A stretch of 62,945 bases of DNA from Candidatus Omnitrophota bacterium (GTDB taxonomy: Bacteria > Omnitrophota > Gorgyraeia > 2-01-FULL-45-10). The notes beneath the pieces were generated by a model that saw only the letters and a program-made list of their open reading frames with translations, ran no database searches and was not told the origin of the DNA. The position numbers and the translations under genes were made by a program. Location of the stretch: NCBI GenBank assembly GCA_041650935.1, contig JBAZKH010000009.1:1-62945 (forward strand). The letters are read 5' to 3'. Shown in pieces: positions 9,142 through 17,253 of this stretch. Numbering within the stretch: the first letter of the stretch is position 1; every line of letters begins with the position of its first letter.

Positions 9142-9963
9142 ATGAAACAATTAATAACAGAGATAGCCTCGAATAAAGAGATGACAGGCGGATTCTACAG
9201 GATGCGCTTAAAGAGCGCATATCTTGCCGGGAAAAGCTTGCCCGGGCAATTTATCGAGGTGCGGTGCTCCGACGGATACGATACGCTATTACGCAGGCCG
9301 TTCGGGGTCCACAGAGTCGTAAAGGGCGGGATCGAAATCCTGTACGAAGTGGTCGGCCGCGGAACGGATCTGCTGTCGCGAAAGAAGATCGGAGACAGCC
9401 TCGACGTAATAGGCCCGCTCGGCCGAGGCTTTAAACTTGCACCTGCCAAAGGCGCGGCAATTATTGTAGCAGGAGGAAATGGTGTTGCGCCGCTTCTGGC
9501 GCTGGTTGAAAGATTGGTCCATGGGAAAAGGAAGAATATCTTTGTATTGATCGGCGCAAAGAACAAAAATCATATTTTATGCAGAGATGAGTTTAAAAAA
9601 CTAGGCGCCAAAGTAATGATATCGACCGAAGACGGTTCCGATGGCCGCCGCGGATTAATTACTAATTGCCTCTCATCTTTACTATCGACTATGGACTGTG
9701 GACCCTCGACTATATACGCCTGCGGCCCGGCGGGTATGCTTAAGGTAGTAGCGAATATCGCCTCAAGGGAGCATATACCCTGTCAGGTCTCGCTGGAAGA
9801 GCGCATGGCCTGTGGCGTCGGGGTATGTTTGGGCTGTCCTGTCAAAATCAAAACGAAACACAAAATACGAGCTACGAAATACGAGCTACGAAATACGAGC
9901 TACGAATATAAGATGGTATGCAAAGACGGCCCGGTATTTAACGCGGAGGAGATCGCTTGGTAG
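9142..9963 (+). CDS. pyrK: dihydroorotate dehydrogenase (class 1B) electron-transfer subunit
   Basis: RRPFGV FAD-binding motif and a ferredoxin-reductase fold. The C-terminal CGVGVCLGC...C 2Fe-2S motif is interrupted by a repeat-encoded insert. Confidence 0.9.
   Translation: MKQLITEIASNKEMTGGFYRMRLKSAYLAGKSLPGQFIEVRCSDGYDTLLRRPFGVHRVVKGGIEILYEVVGRGTDLLSRKKIGDSLDVIGPLGRGFKLAPAKGAAIIVAGGNGVAPLLALVERLVHGKRKNIFVLIGAKNKNHILCRDEFKKLGAKVMISTEDGSDGRRGLITNCLSSLLSTMDCGPSTIYACGPAGMLKVVANIASREHIPCQVSLEERMACGVGVCLGCPVKIKTKHKIRATKYELRNTSYEYKMVCKDGPVFNAEEIAW
9863..9904 (+). repeat. 3 x 14-bp perfect tandem repeat inside pyrK
   Basis: aaatacgagctacg occurs at 9863, 9877 and 9891. It is read in all three phases as KIRATKYELRNTSY. 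Confidence 0.95.
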
Positions 9964-10880
9964 ACCTATCGGTCAATATAGGGCAGCTCAAATTAAAGAA
10001 CCCGGTTATGGCCGCTTCCGGCACCTTCGGTCCCGAATACCGCGAGCTTATCGATATAAATTCGCTCGGTGCCATTATCCTCAAAACGGTAACTCTCAAT
10101 GAAAGATCCGGCAACCCGCCGCCGCGTGTCGCCGAAACAGAGTCGGGCATGCTCAATTCCATCGGTCTGGAGAATAAAGGGTTCGCGGACTTTGCAAAGA
10201 ATAAGATATCGAAATTAAGAGGCATAAAGATACCGGTTATAGCAAGCATAGCCGGTGATAACGAGAAAGAATACGGCATGCTTGCCGCAAAAATGGACAG
10301 GCTGGGGCCGAAGATCGACGCCATCGAAATAAATCTTTCGTGCCCCAATGTGCGGCATGGCAGGCGCGAAGGGTTGATTGCCCAGGACGAGGCGGCGACG
10401 CGGCAAGTACTGCGCGCCGCAAGACGCTCGACGCGGCTCCCTCTCATAGCCAAACTTGCCCCGAACGTAACAAACATAACCAATATAGCGGTAGCGGCCG
10501 CAAAAGGCGGAGCGGACGCGGTCCTCGTATCGAATACCTTCCAGGCGATGGCCGTAGATATCGAAACGAGGATGCCGAAACTCGGCAATATAACGGGAGG
10601 CTTGAGCGGCCCGGCGATAAAGCCGGTCGTGTTGAAGATGGTCTGGGACCTTTACAATAGTATAGACCTGCCTATAATAGGGTGCGGCGGGATAATGGAT
10701 TATAAGGACGCGGCTGAATTTATGATATGCGGCGCATCCGCCATACAGGTCGGCACGGCAACGTTTGCGAATCCACGCGCGGCAACCGATATCGTAAAAA
10801 GCCTTAAGGGATATATGACAAAGAACGGGTATAAAAAGTTAAACGAATTTACAGGCAAACTGAAGACGGGGGCATTATGA
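9957..10880 (+). CDS. pyrD: dihydroorotate dehydrogenase (class 1B) catalytic subunit
   Basis: 307 aa TIM-barrel DHODase with NLSCPN and GGI...GAS motifs. It overlaps pyrK by 7 nt. Confidence 0.95.
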   Translation: MVDLSVNIGQLKLKNPVMAASGTFGPEYRELIDINSLGAIILKTVTLNERSGNPPPRVAETESGMLNSIGLENKGFADFAKNKISKLRGIKIPVIASIAGDNEKEYGMLAAKMDRLGPKIDAIEINLSCPNVRHGRREGLIAQDEAATRQVLRAARRSTRLPLIAKLAPNVTNITNIAVAAAKGGADAVLVSNTFQAMAVDIETRMPKLGNITGGLSGPAIKPVVLKMVWDLYNSIDLPIIGCGGIMDYKDAAEFMICGASAIQVGTATFANPRAATDIVKSLKGYMTKNGYKKLNEFTGKLKTGAL

Positions 10881-11608
10881 TGCCGGTAGATAGCCTTATA
10901 GTGGCGCTCGACGTGGATGGCGAAGATAAGGCGGTTACTCTGGCCGAAAAGCTCAAAAACGACGTCAGGTTCTTTAAAATTGGCCTCGAGCTCTTCTCCT
11001 ACTGCGGCCCGGGGATCGTAGGGAGGATAAAGGAGATGGGCTGCGACGTCTTCCTCGACCTGAAATTCCACGACATCCCTGCGACGGTCGCGAAGGCGGC
11101 GCGGGCCGTAACGAAACTGGAGCCGTTCTTCTTCAATGTCCACGCGCTCGGCGGACTCGATATGATGAGACGCTCGGCGAAGGCGGTGGGCGAGGCGGCG
11201 GAGCGGCTTAAGATAGCGCGGCCGCGGATACTGGGCGTAACGATACTGACGAGCCTCGACGAAAAGGCTCTGGGCCAGATCGGACTTAAAATGAGACCGA
11301 AAGAGGCCGTACTGAAACTGGCCCGTCTGGCAATGCTTGCAGGGCTAGACGGTGTAGTCGCTTCACCGTCGGAGACGAAGGCGATAAGGAAAGAGCTCGG
11401 CGGGGATTTTCTCATAGTGACCCCGGGTGTACGGCCGGTCTGGGCGGTAGCAAATGACCAGAAACGCATCGCAACACCTGAGGCCGCGATAAAAGACGGA
11501 GCCGACTATATCGTTGTGGGCCGGCCCATAACGGAATCGAAGAACCCTGCAGAAGCGGCCAGGGAAATACTGAAAGAGATGAACCCCGTTAAAAAACGGG
11601 GTTTCTAA
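10877..11608 (+). CDS. pyrF: orotidine 5'-phosphate decarboxylase
   Basis: DLKFHDIP motif. It overlaps pyrD by 4 nt. Confidence 0.95.
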   Translation: MMPVDSLIVALDVDGEDKAVTLAEKLKNDVRFFKIGLELFSYCGPGIVGRIKEMGCDVFLDLKFHDIPATVAKAARAVTKLEPFFFNVHALGGLDMMRRSAKAVGEAAERLKIARPRILGVTILTSLDEKALGQIGLKMRPKEAVLKLARLAMLAGLDGVVASPSETKAIRKELGGDFLIVTPGVRPVWAVANDQKRIATPEAAIKDGADYIVVGRPITESKNPAEAAREILKEMNPVKKRGF

Positions 11609-11620
11609 CGGGGTGAAGAT

Positions 11621-12190
11621 ATGACAGACAAAGAAGTGCTCGACCTGTTCTGCGAAAAAAAAGCTCTCCTTACGGGGCATTTTAAACTCTCAAGCGGCCT
11701 GCACAGCGAAAATTACCTGCAGTGTGCGCTCATATTGCAATATCCGGATTTAGCCGAAAAGATGGCGAAGGATATCGCGAAGAAATTTGTAAAGGAAAAG
11801 ATCGATCTCGTGATAGGGCCGGCGCTCGGCGGGGTAACGCTCGCCTACGAAGCGGCGCGGGCGCTTAAAGTAAAAGGGCTATTTACTGAACGTCAAGATG
11901 GGACAATGGTGCTGCGCAGAGGCTTCGCCATCGCTCCTGGTGAACGAGCGCTCGTCGTAGAAGACGTCATTACAACAGGCGGCTCGACGAAAGAAGTGAT
12001 AGAGGTCGTAAAAAACTCCGGTGGTATCGTAATAGGCGTTGCGAGCGTAATAGACCGCAGCTCCGCACCCGTCGATTTCGGCGTGCCGTTCGTATCGCTT
12101 GCCAGGATAAAAGCCGCAACCTACAAAGCGGATGCCTGCCCACTCTGTAAATCGAGCGTCCCGATAACGAAACCGGGGTCGAGAAAGTAG
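11621..12190 (+). CDS. pyrE: orotate phosphoribosyltransferase
   Basis: PRTase motif LVVEDVITTGGS; 189 aa. Confidence 0.95.
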   Translation: MTDKEVLDLFCEKKALLTGHFKLSSGLHSENYLQCALILQYPDLAEKMAKDIAKKFVKEKIDLVIGPALGGVTLAYEAARALKVKGLFTERQDGTMVLRRGFAIAPGERALVVEDVITTGGSTKEVIEVVKNSGGIVIGVASVIDRSSAPVDFGVPFVSLARIKAATYKADACPLCKSSVPITKPGSRK

Positions 12191-12247
12191 GCGCGGCATA
12201 ACTTATTGCGCCGTAAGCGCCGCTTGTGGTATTATTGTTTTCATATC

Positions 12248-12322
12248 GGGCAGCTAGCTCAATGGCGGAGCAATCGGTTTACATCCGATAGGTTACAGGT
12301 TCGAGTCCTGTGCTGCCCACCA
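12248..12322 (+). tRNA. tRNA-Val (anticodon TAC), CCA encoded
   Basis: Hand-folded cloverleaf. Acceptor GGGCAGC/GCTGCCC, anticodon stem ATCGG/CCGAT with loop TTTACAT, T-loop TTCGAGT. Confidence 0.93.
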
Positions 12323-12452
12323 TGAACCACTCACAAAAATTTCTGTCGAAATTTTTGTTCGGGTTCATGGCACAGCCAGGTAGTAATTTTTGTGAGTGGT
12401 GAATGCCCTGTACCTAAAAAATGCCGAAGGCATTTTGAATGGTACAGGGCAT
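12321..12452 (+). repeat. nested, mutually exclusive hairpin element between tRNA-Val and the GIY-YIG gene
   Basis: Clamp catgaacc-actc-[acaaaaatttc tgtc gaaatttttgt]-tcg-ggttcatg-gcacagcca. Alternative 15-bp pairing ccactcacaaaaatt (12327) / aatttttgtgagtgg (12384). Second hairpin atgccctgtacc..aaaatgcc gaag ggcatttt..ggtacagggcat. Confidence 0.8.
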
Positions 12453-12481
12453 AGCAAACACTCGATAACTCAAAATAACGC

Positions 12482-12733
12482 TTGAATCGACGCTGGTTCT
12501 TATATATAATTGAGTGCGCAGACGGTTCTTTATATACCGGAATTACGACTGATCTGGTAAGGCGGATAGCCAGGCATAATCAGGGTCGCGCCGCTAAATA
12601 CACAAGAGCCAGAACGCCTGTAAAATTAGTTCATTCAGAAATCTGTGAATGCGAGTCTTCGGCAAGGAAAAGAGAGGCGGAAATAAAGAAGCTCTCTTGT
12701 TACGATAAGCTGAAGATAATTAATAAGCATTGA
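12482..12733 (+). CDS. small GIY-YIG nuclease-domain protein (catalytic domain only)
   Basis: 83 aa with a TTG start. Motifs are FLYIIEC-DGSLYTGIT, RRIARHN and a conserved Glu in REAEIKK. Confidence 0.8.
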   Translation: MNRRWFLYIIECADGSLYTGITTDLVRRIARHNQGRAAKYTRARTPVKLVHSEICECESSARKREAEIKKLSCYDKLKIINKH

Positions 12734-12845
12734 TATTCCCCCGGTTCTTCCTGTTCGCCGGAACCTCGGGATAAAAATTTCTATCGCATTGATATATCCC
12801 TCAGCCGTTCTTATTCATCACGGCTTCGGGATGAAATTTTCTATC
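12727..12845 (+). repeat. degenerate tandem duplication (59 + 60 bp), each copy with its own hairpin
   Basis: Both copies start gcattgatat and end (a/t)tttctatc. Copy 1 (12727-12785) contains the GIY-YIG stop codon. Copy 2 (12786-12845) abuts tRNA-Asp. Identity is roughly 70% by eye. Confidence 0.8.
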
Positions 12846-12855
12846 GAAAATTTCA

Positions 12856-12933
12856 GGGGACGTAGTTCAGTCGGTTTAGAACGTCAGATTGTCGATCTGA
12901 AGGTCGCGGGTTCGAGCCCCGTCGTCCCCGCCA
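12856..12933 (+). tRNA. tRNA-Asp (anticodon GTC), CCA encoded
   Basis: Acceptor GGGGACG/CGTCCCC, anticodon stem TCAGA/TCTGA with loop TTGTCGA, T-loop TTCGAGC. Confidence 0.93.
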
Positions 12934-13149
12934 TTCTGCTTCGCTGCAGTAGTCAGACCGTAATGAAGCTTCGTAGCAATTGGCACCTCTTATGCATATC
13001 GTGTACATCCTCACAAGCATCGAAACTCCCGGCGAAAAATTTATCCGGCGCTCTTTTAAAATAAAGTTCGAACCAATCTTTTCTAAGAAATTCTTTCCGG
13101 GATTCTAAATCTCTTACAATTTTGGGATTATAATGCTAAAATAAAATTT

Positions 13150-14544
13150 ATGAGTATCTCTGCTTATTCCGCGGCAAAAAAGAATCTCATAGTTTCTGCT
13201 ATAGCCTCTATTTTGGTTGTTCTGTCTATATTTATATATGGATATGAGTACGGGACAAGCGCCAACCATATGCAGATACTTCCTTTTATAGAAAAGATTC
13301 GGAATCCCGCCCTTTTCCCGAACGATTATTTCGTAAACACTCTTAATCGTTTCCCAAGTATCTATCCTTATGTTATGGCGTTTTTATCTAAATGGATAGG
13401 TCTAGAAGCGCTTCATTTAATACTCTACCTCATCTTTAAATTTGCGCTCCTGATCTTTGCTTATAGCCTGGCCCGCTTTCTTTTTAGATCCAGGAGGACG
13501 GGCATAATTGCGATGTTCCTTTTTGCATTCTCTCCTCTCATTAATGCATACGGTCTTTTAGGGCACGATCCGCTGATGAAGGCATCTTTCTACCAAACGA
13601 GCGCCGTTGCGCCATTTGCTGTCGCGGCAATTCTTATGTTCTTAAGAAAAAAATATACAGTGACGTATATCATCCTCGCGTGTATATATTATGTCAATGC
13701 GCTCATAGGTAATTTTTTACTCGTTCTTTTTTTATTCGCCTCGGCATATGAATACTCGTGCAAAAAAAATACGGCCGGGCTTAAAAATATTATCTATCCG
13801 CTTTTCTTATTTGTCGTATTAATAATCCCCGGTGCCGCATGGATAGCGCGCCTGAACATAACAAATCCCGTACATGCATCGGAAAATTTCTCATTATATT
13901 TAAAGCTGTGGTTTACCGGTCATTATTTTCCGTCATTTTTTACGGCTCACCAATGGTATTATTTTGCCGTCATATGCATATTCTTTGTTATTTTTTTCCG
14001 CAGAGGCTTCGGTTATTGCCGTGAAAAAAACATAATACGCATATTCCTGTTTGTCTTGGTTGACATGTGGTTATTAGCGGCCGTCTTCGGAGAGGTGCTG
14101 CCGATACGCGGCTTGATACTGCTTCAGTTCCTGAGAAGCGATGTGCTTTTCATAGTTTTGGGCATTACATTTGCGGCGGATTATATACGCTCAATGCTCG
14201 ATAGCAAATCAGCGCGCGGCATAGCTATCGGCGGCCTCATAGTGCTCGCGTTGATCGAATTCTCTAAACCACCTTATATTGAATTCATCCTGATCGCTCT
14301 TATATTGACGGAATTCGAAATCTCCATAAAAAATTTCTTGCAACAGGTAACAACCGACGCGGAAGAATCACTTGTTTTTCTATGGACATTCTTCGCGATA
14401 TTTCTTATAACGTTTTCCGCAGCCTCTTTTTTTATTTACAAGGCATCGCCGAAAATGGGATGTTTTTTAATTTTTTCAATAGCGCTGGCCATGGCGGGGA
14501 AAAAAAGAGCATTGCTGAAATTTAAGAACGGTTGTATGGCATAA
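13150..14544 (+). CDS. polytopic membrane protein of unknown function (GT-C-like architecture)
   Basis: 464 aa, hydrophobic throughout (about 12 TM segments by eye), lower GC than its neighbours. Confidence 0.6.
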   Translation: MSISAYSAAKKNLIVSAIASILVVLSIFIYGYEYGTSANHMQILPFIEKIRNPALFPNDYFVNTLNRFPSIYPYVMAFLSKWIGLEALHLILYLIFKFALLIFAYSLARFLFRSRRTGIIAMFLFAFSPLINAYGLLGHDPLMKASFYQTSAVAPFAVAAILMFLRKKYTVTYIILACIYYVNALIGNFLLVLFLFASAYEYSCKKNTAGLKNIIYPLFLFVVLIIPGAAWIARLNITNPVHASENFSLYLKLWFTGHYFPSFFTAHQWYYFAVICIFFVIFFRRGFGYCREKNIIRIFLFVLVDMWLLAAVFGEVLPIRGLILLQFLRSDVLFIVLGITFAADYIRSMLDSKSARGIAIGGLIVLALIEFSKPPYIEFILIALILTEFEISIKNFLQQVTTDAEESLVFLWTFFAIFLITFSAASFFIYKASPKMGCFLIFSIALAMAGKKRALLKFKNGCMA

Positions 14545-14666
14545 GAATACGGCGCAGAATATGTAATAGAAGATATCGCGAGGCATCTTTGTTTTAAGAT
14601 TGCGTATGAAAACGCAACATTTCGTATCTACCGTATAGAGTATGGCTGTGCCAAAATAGTGAGGCT

Positions 14667-15578
14667 ATGCTTGTAATAATCGGTCGCGAAGAACTGGAAG
14701 AACTTAACAGCAGGCCCAAATTCTTTACTAAAGAAGACGGGCGGCGTATAGCATTTTATGAATATGGCGATCCGAACGGGACGCCTTTAATATTCTGCCA
14801 TGGGACGGGGACACACGTACATGTCATGCTGCTTCACGAACCGGCAAAGCGGCTCGGATATCGCGTTATAGTGCCGGACCGCCCGGGAATCGGTTTATCG
14901 GATTTCGATCCAAAACGCAAACTCTTAGACAGCGCAGCCGACATAGCCGCCCTGGCAGATCACCTGGGTATAAGCAAGTTCGGCGTTATGGGTATTTCCG
15001 GAGGGGTGCCGACACTGTTGGCTTGCGCGTATAACCTGGCCGAACGCCTTACATTCGTTGTCGATTTGGCCGGCGCGGTCCCTTTATATAGGGATCCGGT
15101 TGCGCTTAAAAAATTGGGCGCCATGGACAGGTTTTACGCGATACTCGGCGCGCGTATGCCGCTGGGCCTGTTCCAGATACCGTTCGCGCTTCTAGGGTTT
15201 CAGCAGAAGATAATGAAAAACCCAAAAGCGTTCGTCGATCTGATGCGTTCAAGCATGTGCAAAGCCGATACGGAACTTTTCGGCATTCCGGAAATGCAGT
15301 ATCTTTTCATGCGTGATTTTCAGGAGTTATTCAGGCAGGGATCCCGCCCGCCAGCCCTGGACGCTCAGCTCATATACCTTCCATGGGAATTCAATATAGG
15401 CCAAATTAAGATCCACGTCGATATACGTCAGGGAGCGGACGATCGCTGGATACCTCCGTATTTCAGTCAATACCTGGCAAAAGCGCTGCCGGATGCCGCA
15501 TTAAAGATGATACCAGGCCAGGGACATTTTTATCACATGGCGTACGCGGAAGAGACGCTCAAAGCATTGCAGATATAG
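14667..15578 (+). CDS. alpha/beta-fold hydrolase
   Basis: 303 aa with an HGTG oxyanion motif, a GISGG nucleophile elbow and a C-terminal GHF catalytic His region. Confidence 0.8.
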   Translation: MLVIIGREELEELNSRPKFFTKEDGRRIAFYEYGDPNGTPLIFCHGTGTHVHVMLLHEPAKRLGYRVIVPDRPGIGLSDFDPKRKLLDSAADIAALADHLGISKFGVMGISGGVPTLLACAYNLAERLTFVVDLAGAVPLYRDPVALKKLGAMDRFYAILGARMPLGLFQIPFALLGFQQKIMKNPKAFVDLMRSSMCKADTELFGIPEMQYLFMRDFQELFRQGSRPPALDAQLIYLPWEFNIGQIKIHVDIRQGADDRWIPPYFSQYLAKALPDAALKMIPGQGHFYHMAYAEETLKALQI

Positions 15579-15638
15579 CAGTGCTGTTTTAGAAGGGGAC
15601 AAGGCTGTACCAAAATAGGACATCTGCGAAATTACGAA

Positions 15639-17045
15639 ATGATGCTGCCGTTAATAATAATTTTAGGGGCTATTTTAAGGCTGCCCGGTCTATTTACGGA
15701 CTTCGACCTCGACGAAGTCTGGTCCTTTAACATAGTATATATGATGAAGGATCCCCTCCAGATCTTCACAAATTGTTTTGCGGATACAAACCACCACTTA
15801 AACAGCCTTTTCATATATATGATGGGCCGGCACAGCCCGCTGCCGCTTTTCAAGTACAGAATTCTTTCATTTGTTTTAGGGATAGGCGCCATATTGCTGA
15901 TATTTCTGCTTGCCCTGAAAATAGCAAAAAATAAAAAACCGGCAATAATAAGCGCGGCGTTTGCCGCGGTATCCTTTCCTCTGGTCATATACTCTTCCGT
16001 TGCCAGAGGGTACAGTTCCCTGATCTTCTTTTCGGTAGGAGCCGTCTACCTGCTTTTGGAATACCTCGAACATAAAGAGCGGCACACCCTATGGCTCTTC
16101 TGTGCCTGCTATATCCTCGGCTTTCTGTCGCACCTTACGTTTGTTTTTGTGGCTATAGGATTGTTTGTCATGGTGTCTTTACATTCACTCCGGCGGCCTG
16201 CGCCGCTAAAGGGAAAACTATCTGAAATATTCTGCATATTCTTCATTCCGGCTTCCGTAGTTTTACTTCTGCTGGGCAGGTTTTTATTCAATGTAACGGC
16301 AGGCGGCGGTCCGCAAGTCTCATTACAGGCCACCTTCGGTAAGATAGCGCTTTCACTGGCAGGTTTAGGGGCGGCAGGTCCGGCTGCCCTGATCCTGGTC
16401 ATACTGATTTTCGCCATGTTAATACAGGGGGCAAGGATAGTTTTGAGAGAGAATGCCGATTTCGGAGTATTTATATTAACGTCCCTCTTTCTGGCGGCTG
16501 CCGTAATCCCGGTCATGCATATTAAGTATAAATATACGTGTTTCAGGCATTTCCTGTGGTTATATCCTTTTCTGATAATATTATTTTCTCATTTTCTGGA
16601 AAGGGCAATCAGCCCCGGCAGGAGCAAAAAGGCGCTGGCGGCGGTATTCGCGTTGCTGATAATCGGTCTAAATTTTCAGCAAATAGCCCTTTTCCTTAAA
16701 GGAGGGCATCGCTACCGCGAGGCCGTTTCATACATATACAGCCACACCGGGTCCCCGGAGATTGTCGTTACAAGCGACAGCGATTTTAAGAATTTTACGT
16801 TACTAAATTTCTACGATCATTTTTTCGGCAGAGGGAAATTAACCTACATATCCGTCGCAGCGCTGGCAGAGAATAAAGCAAAACCGGAATGGGTAATTAA
16901 ATATGCGGATATTAACGAAGAAGGGGAGGCTCCTCCGCCCGGGATCTTAAAAGGAAAGAAATATAATTATATCCTGGAGAAGCGGTTTTTGTCCTACGGG
17001 ATGTTTTCCGGGATCGACTGGATACTATACCGCAGGCAAAAGTGA
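15639..17045 (+). CDS. GT-C family (ArnT/PMT-like) membrane glycosyltransferase-like protein
   Basis: 468 aa. It has an N-terminal RLPGL...DLDEVW loop motif after TM1, about 10 TM segments and a soluble C-terminal domain. Confidence 0.65.
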   Translation: MMLPLIIILGAILRLPGLFTDFDLDEVWSFNIVYMMKDPLQIFTNCFADTNHHLNSLFIYMMGRHSPLPLFKYRILSFVLGIGAILLIFLLALKIAKNKKPAIISAAFAAVSFPLVIYSSVARGYSSLIFFSVGAVYLLLEYLEHKERHTLWLFCACYILGFLSHLTFVFVAIGLFVMVSLHSLRRPAPLKGKLSEIFCIFFIPASVVLLLLGRFLFNVTAGGGPQVSLQATFGKIALSLAGLGAAGPAALILVILIFAMLIQGARIVLRENADFGVFILTSLFLAAAVIPVMHIKYKYTCFRHFLWLYPFLIILFSHFLERAISPGRSKKALAAVFALLIIGLNFQQIALFLKGGHRYREAVSYIYSHTGSPEIVVTSDSDFKNFTLLNFYDHFFGRGKLTYISVAALAENKAKPEWVIKYADINEEGEAPPPGILKGKKYNYILEKRFLSYGMFSGIDWILYRRQK

Positions 17046-17253
17046 AACCCGAATATAATATTTTATGGACATGAATAGCCCTATGGGCAAAAAGATACCG
17101 GCGCTGGTACGCAAACCGAAAGATCCGCGCCGCCGCTCGATGGTTGTCTCTCACAAATCCCCTTGACTAAATTTTTATACGGCGGTAGCATACTTGTAAT
17201 CAATTGAGAATACAGATAGTTGCGGACTTTTTTATGCGGAGCTTGATCAATAG

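Noticed and set aside
12248-12933. GIY-YIG gene as a homing endonuclease of a tRNA group I intron
   Set aside because: tRNA-Val and tRNA-Asp are both intact and contiguous with normal anticodon loops. The nuclease lies between them, not within one. I could not identify group I core helices (P3-P7).
12789-13064. 91-aa plus-strand ORF from the track
   Set aside because: It spans tRNA-Asp (12856-12933) and the degenerate tandem repeat, has no SD, and is best explained as non-coding.
17064-17207. 47-codon ORF upstream of the first B12-rSAM gene as a RiPP precursor
   Set aside because: It has no SD, a plausible promoter for the rSAM gene (TTGACT... at about 17163) lies inside it, and its composition resembles intergenic sequence. 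I kept it only as a note inside a finding.
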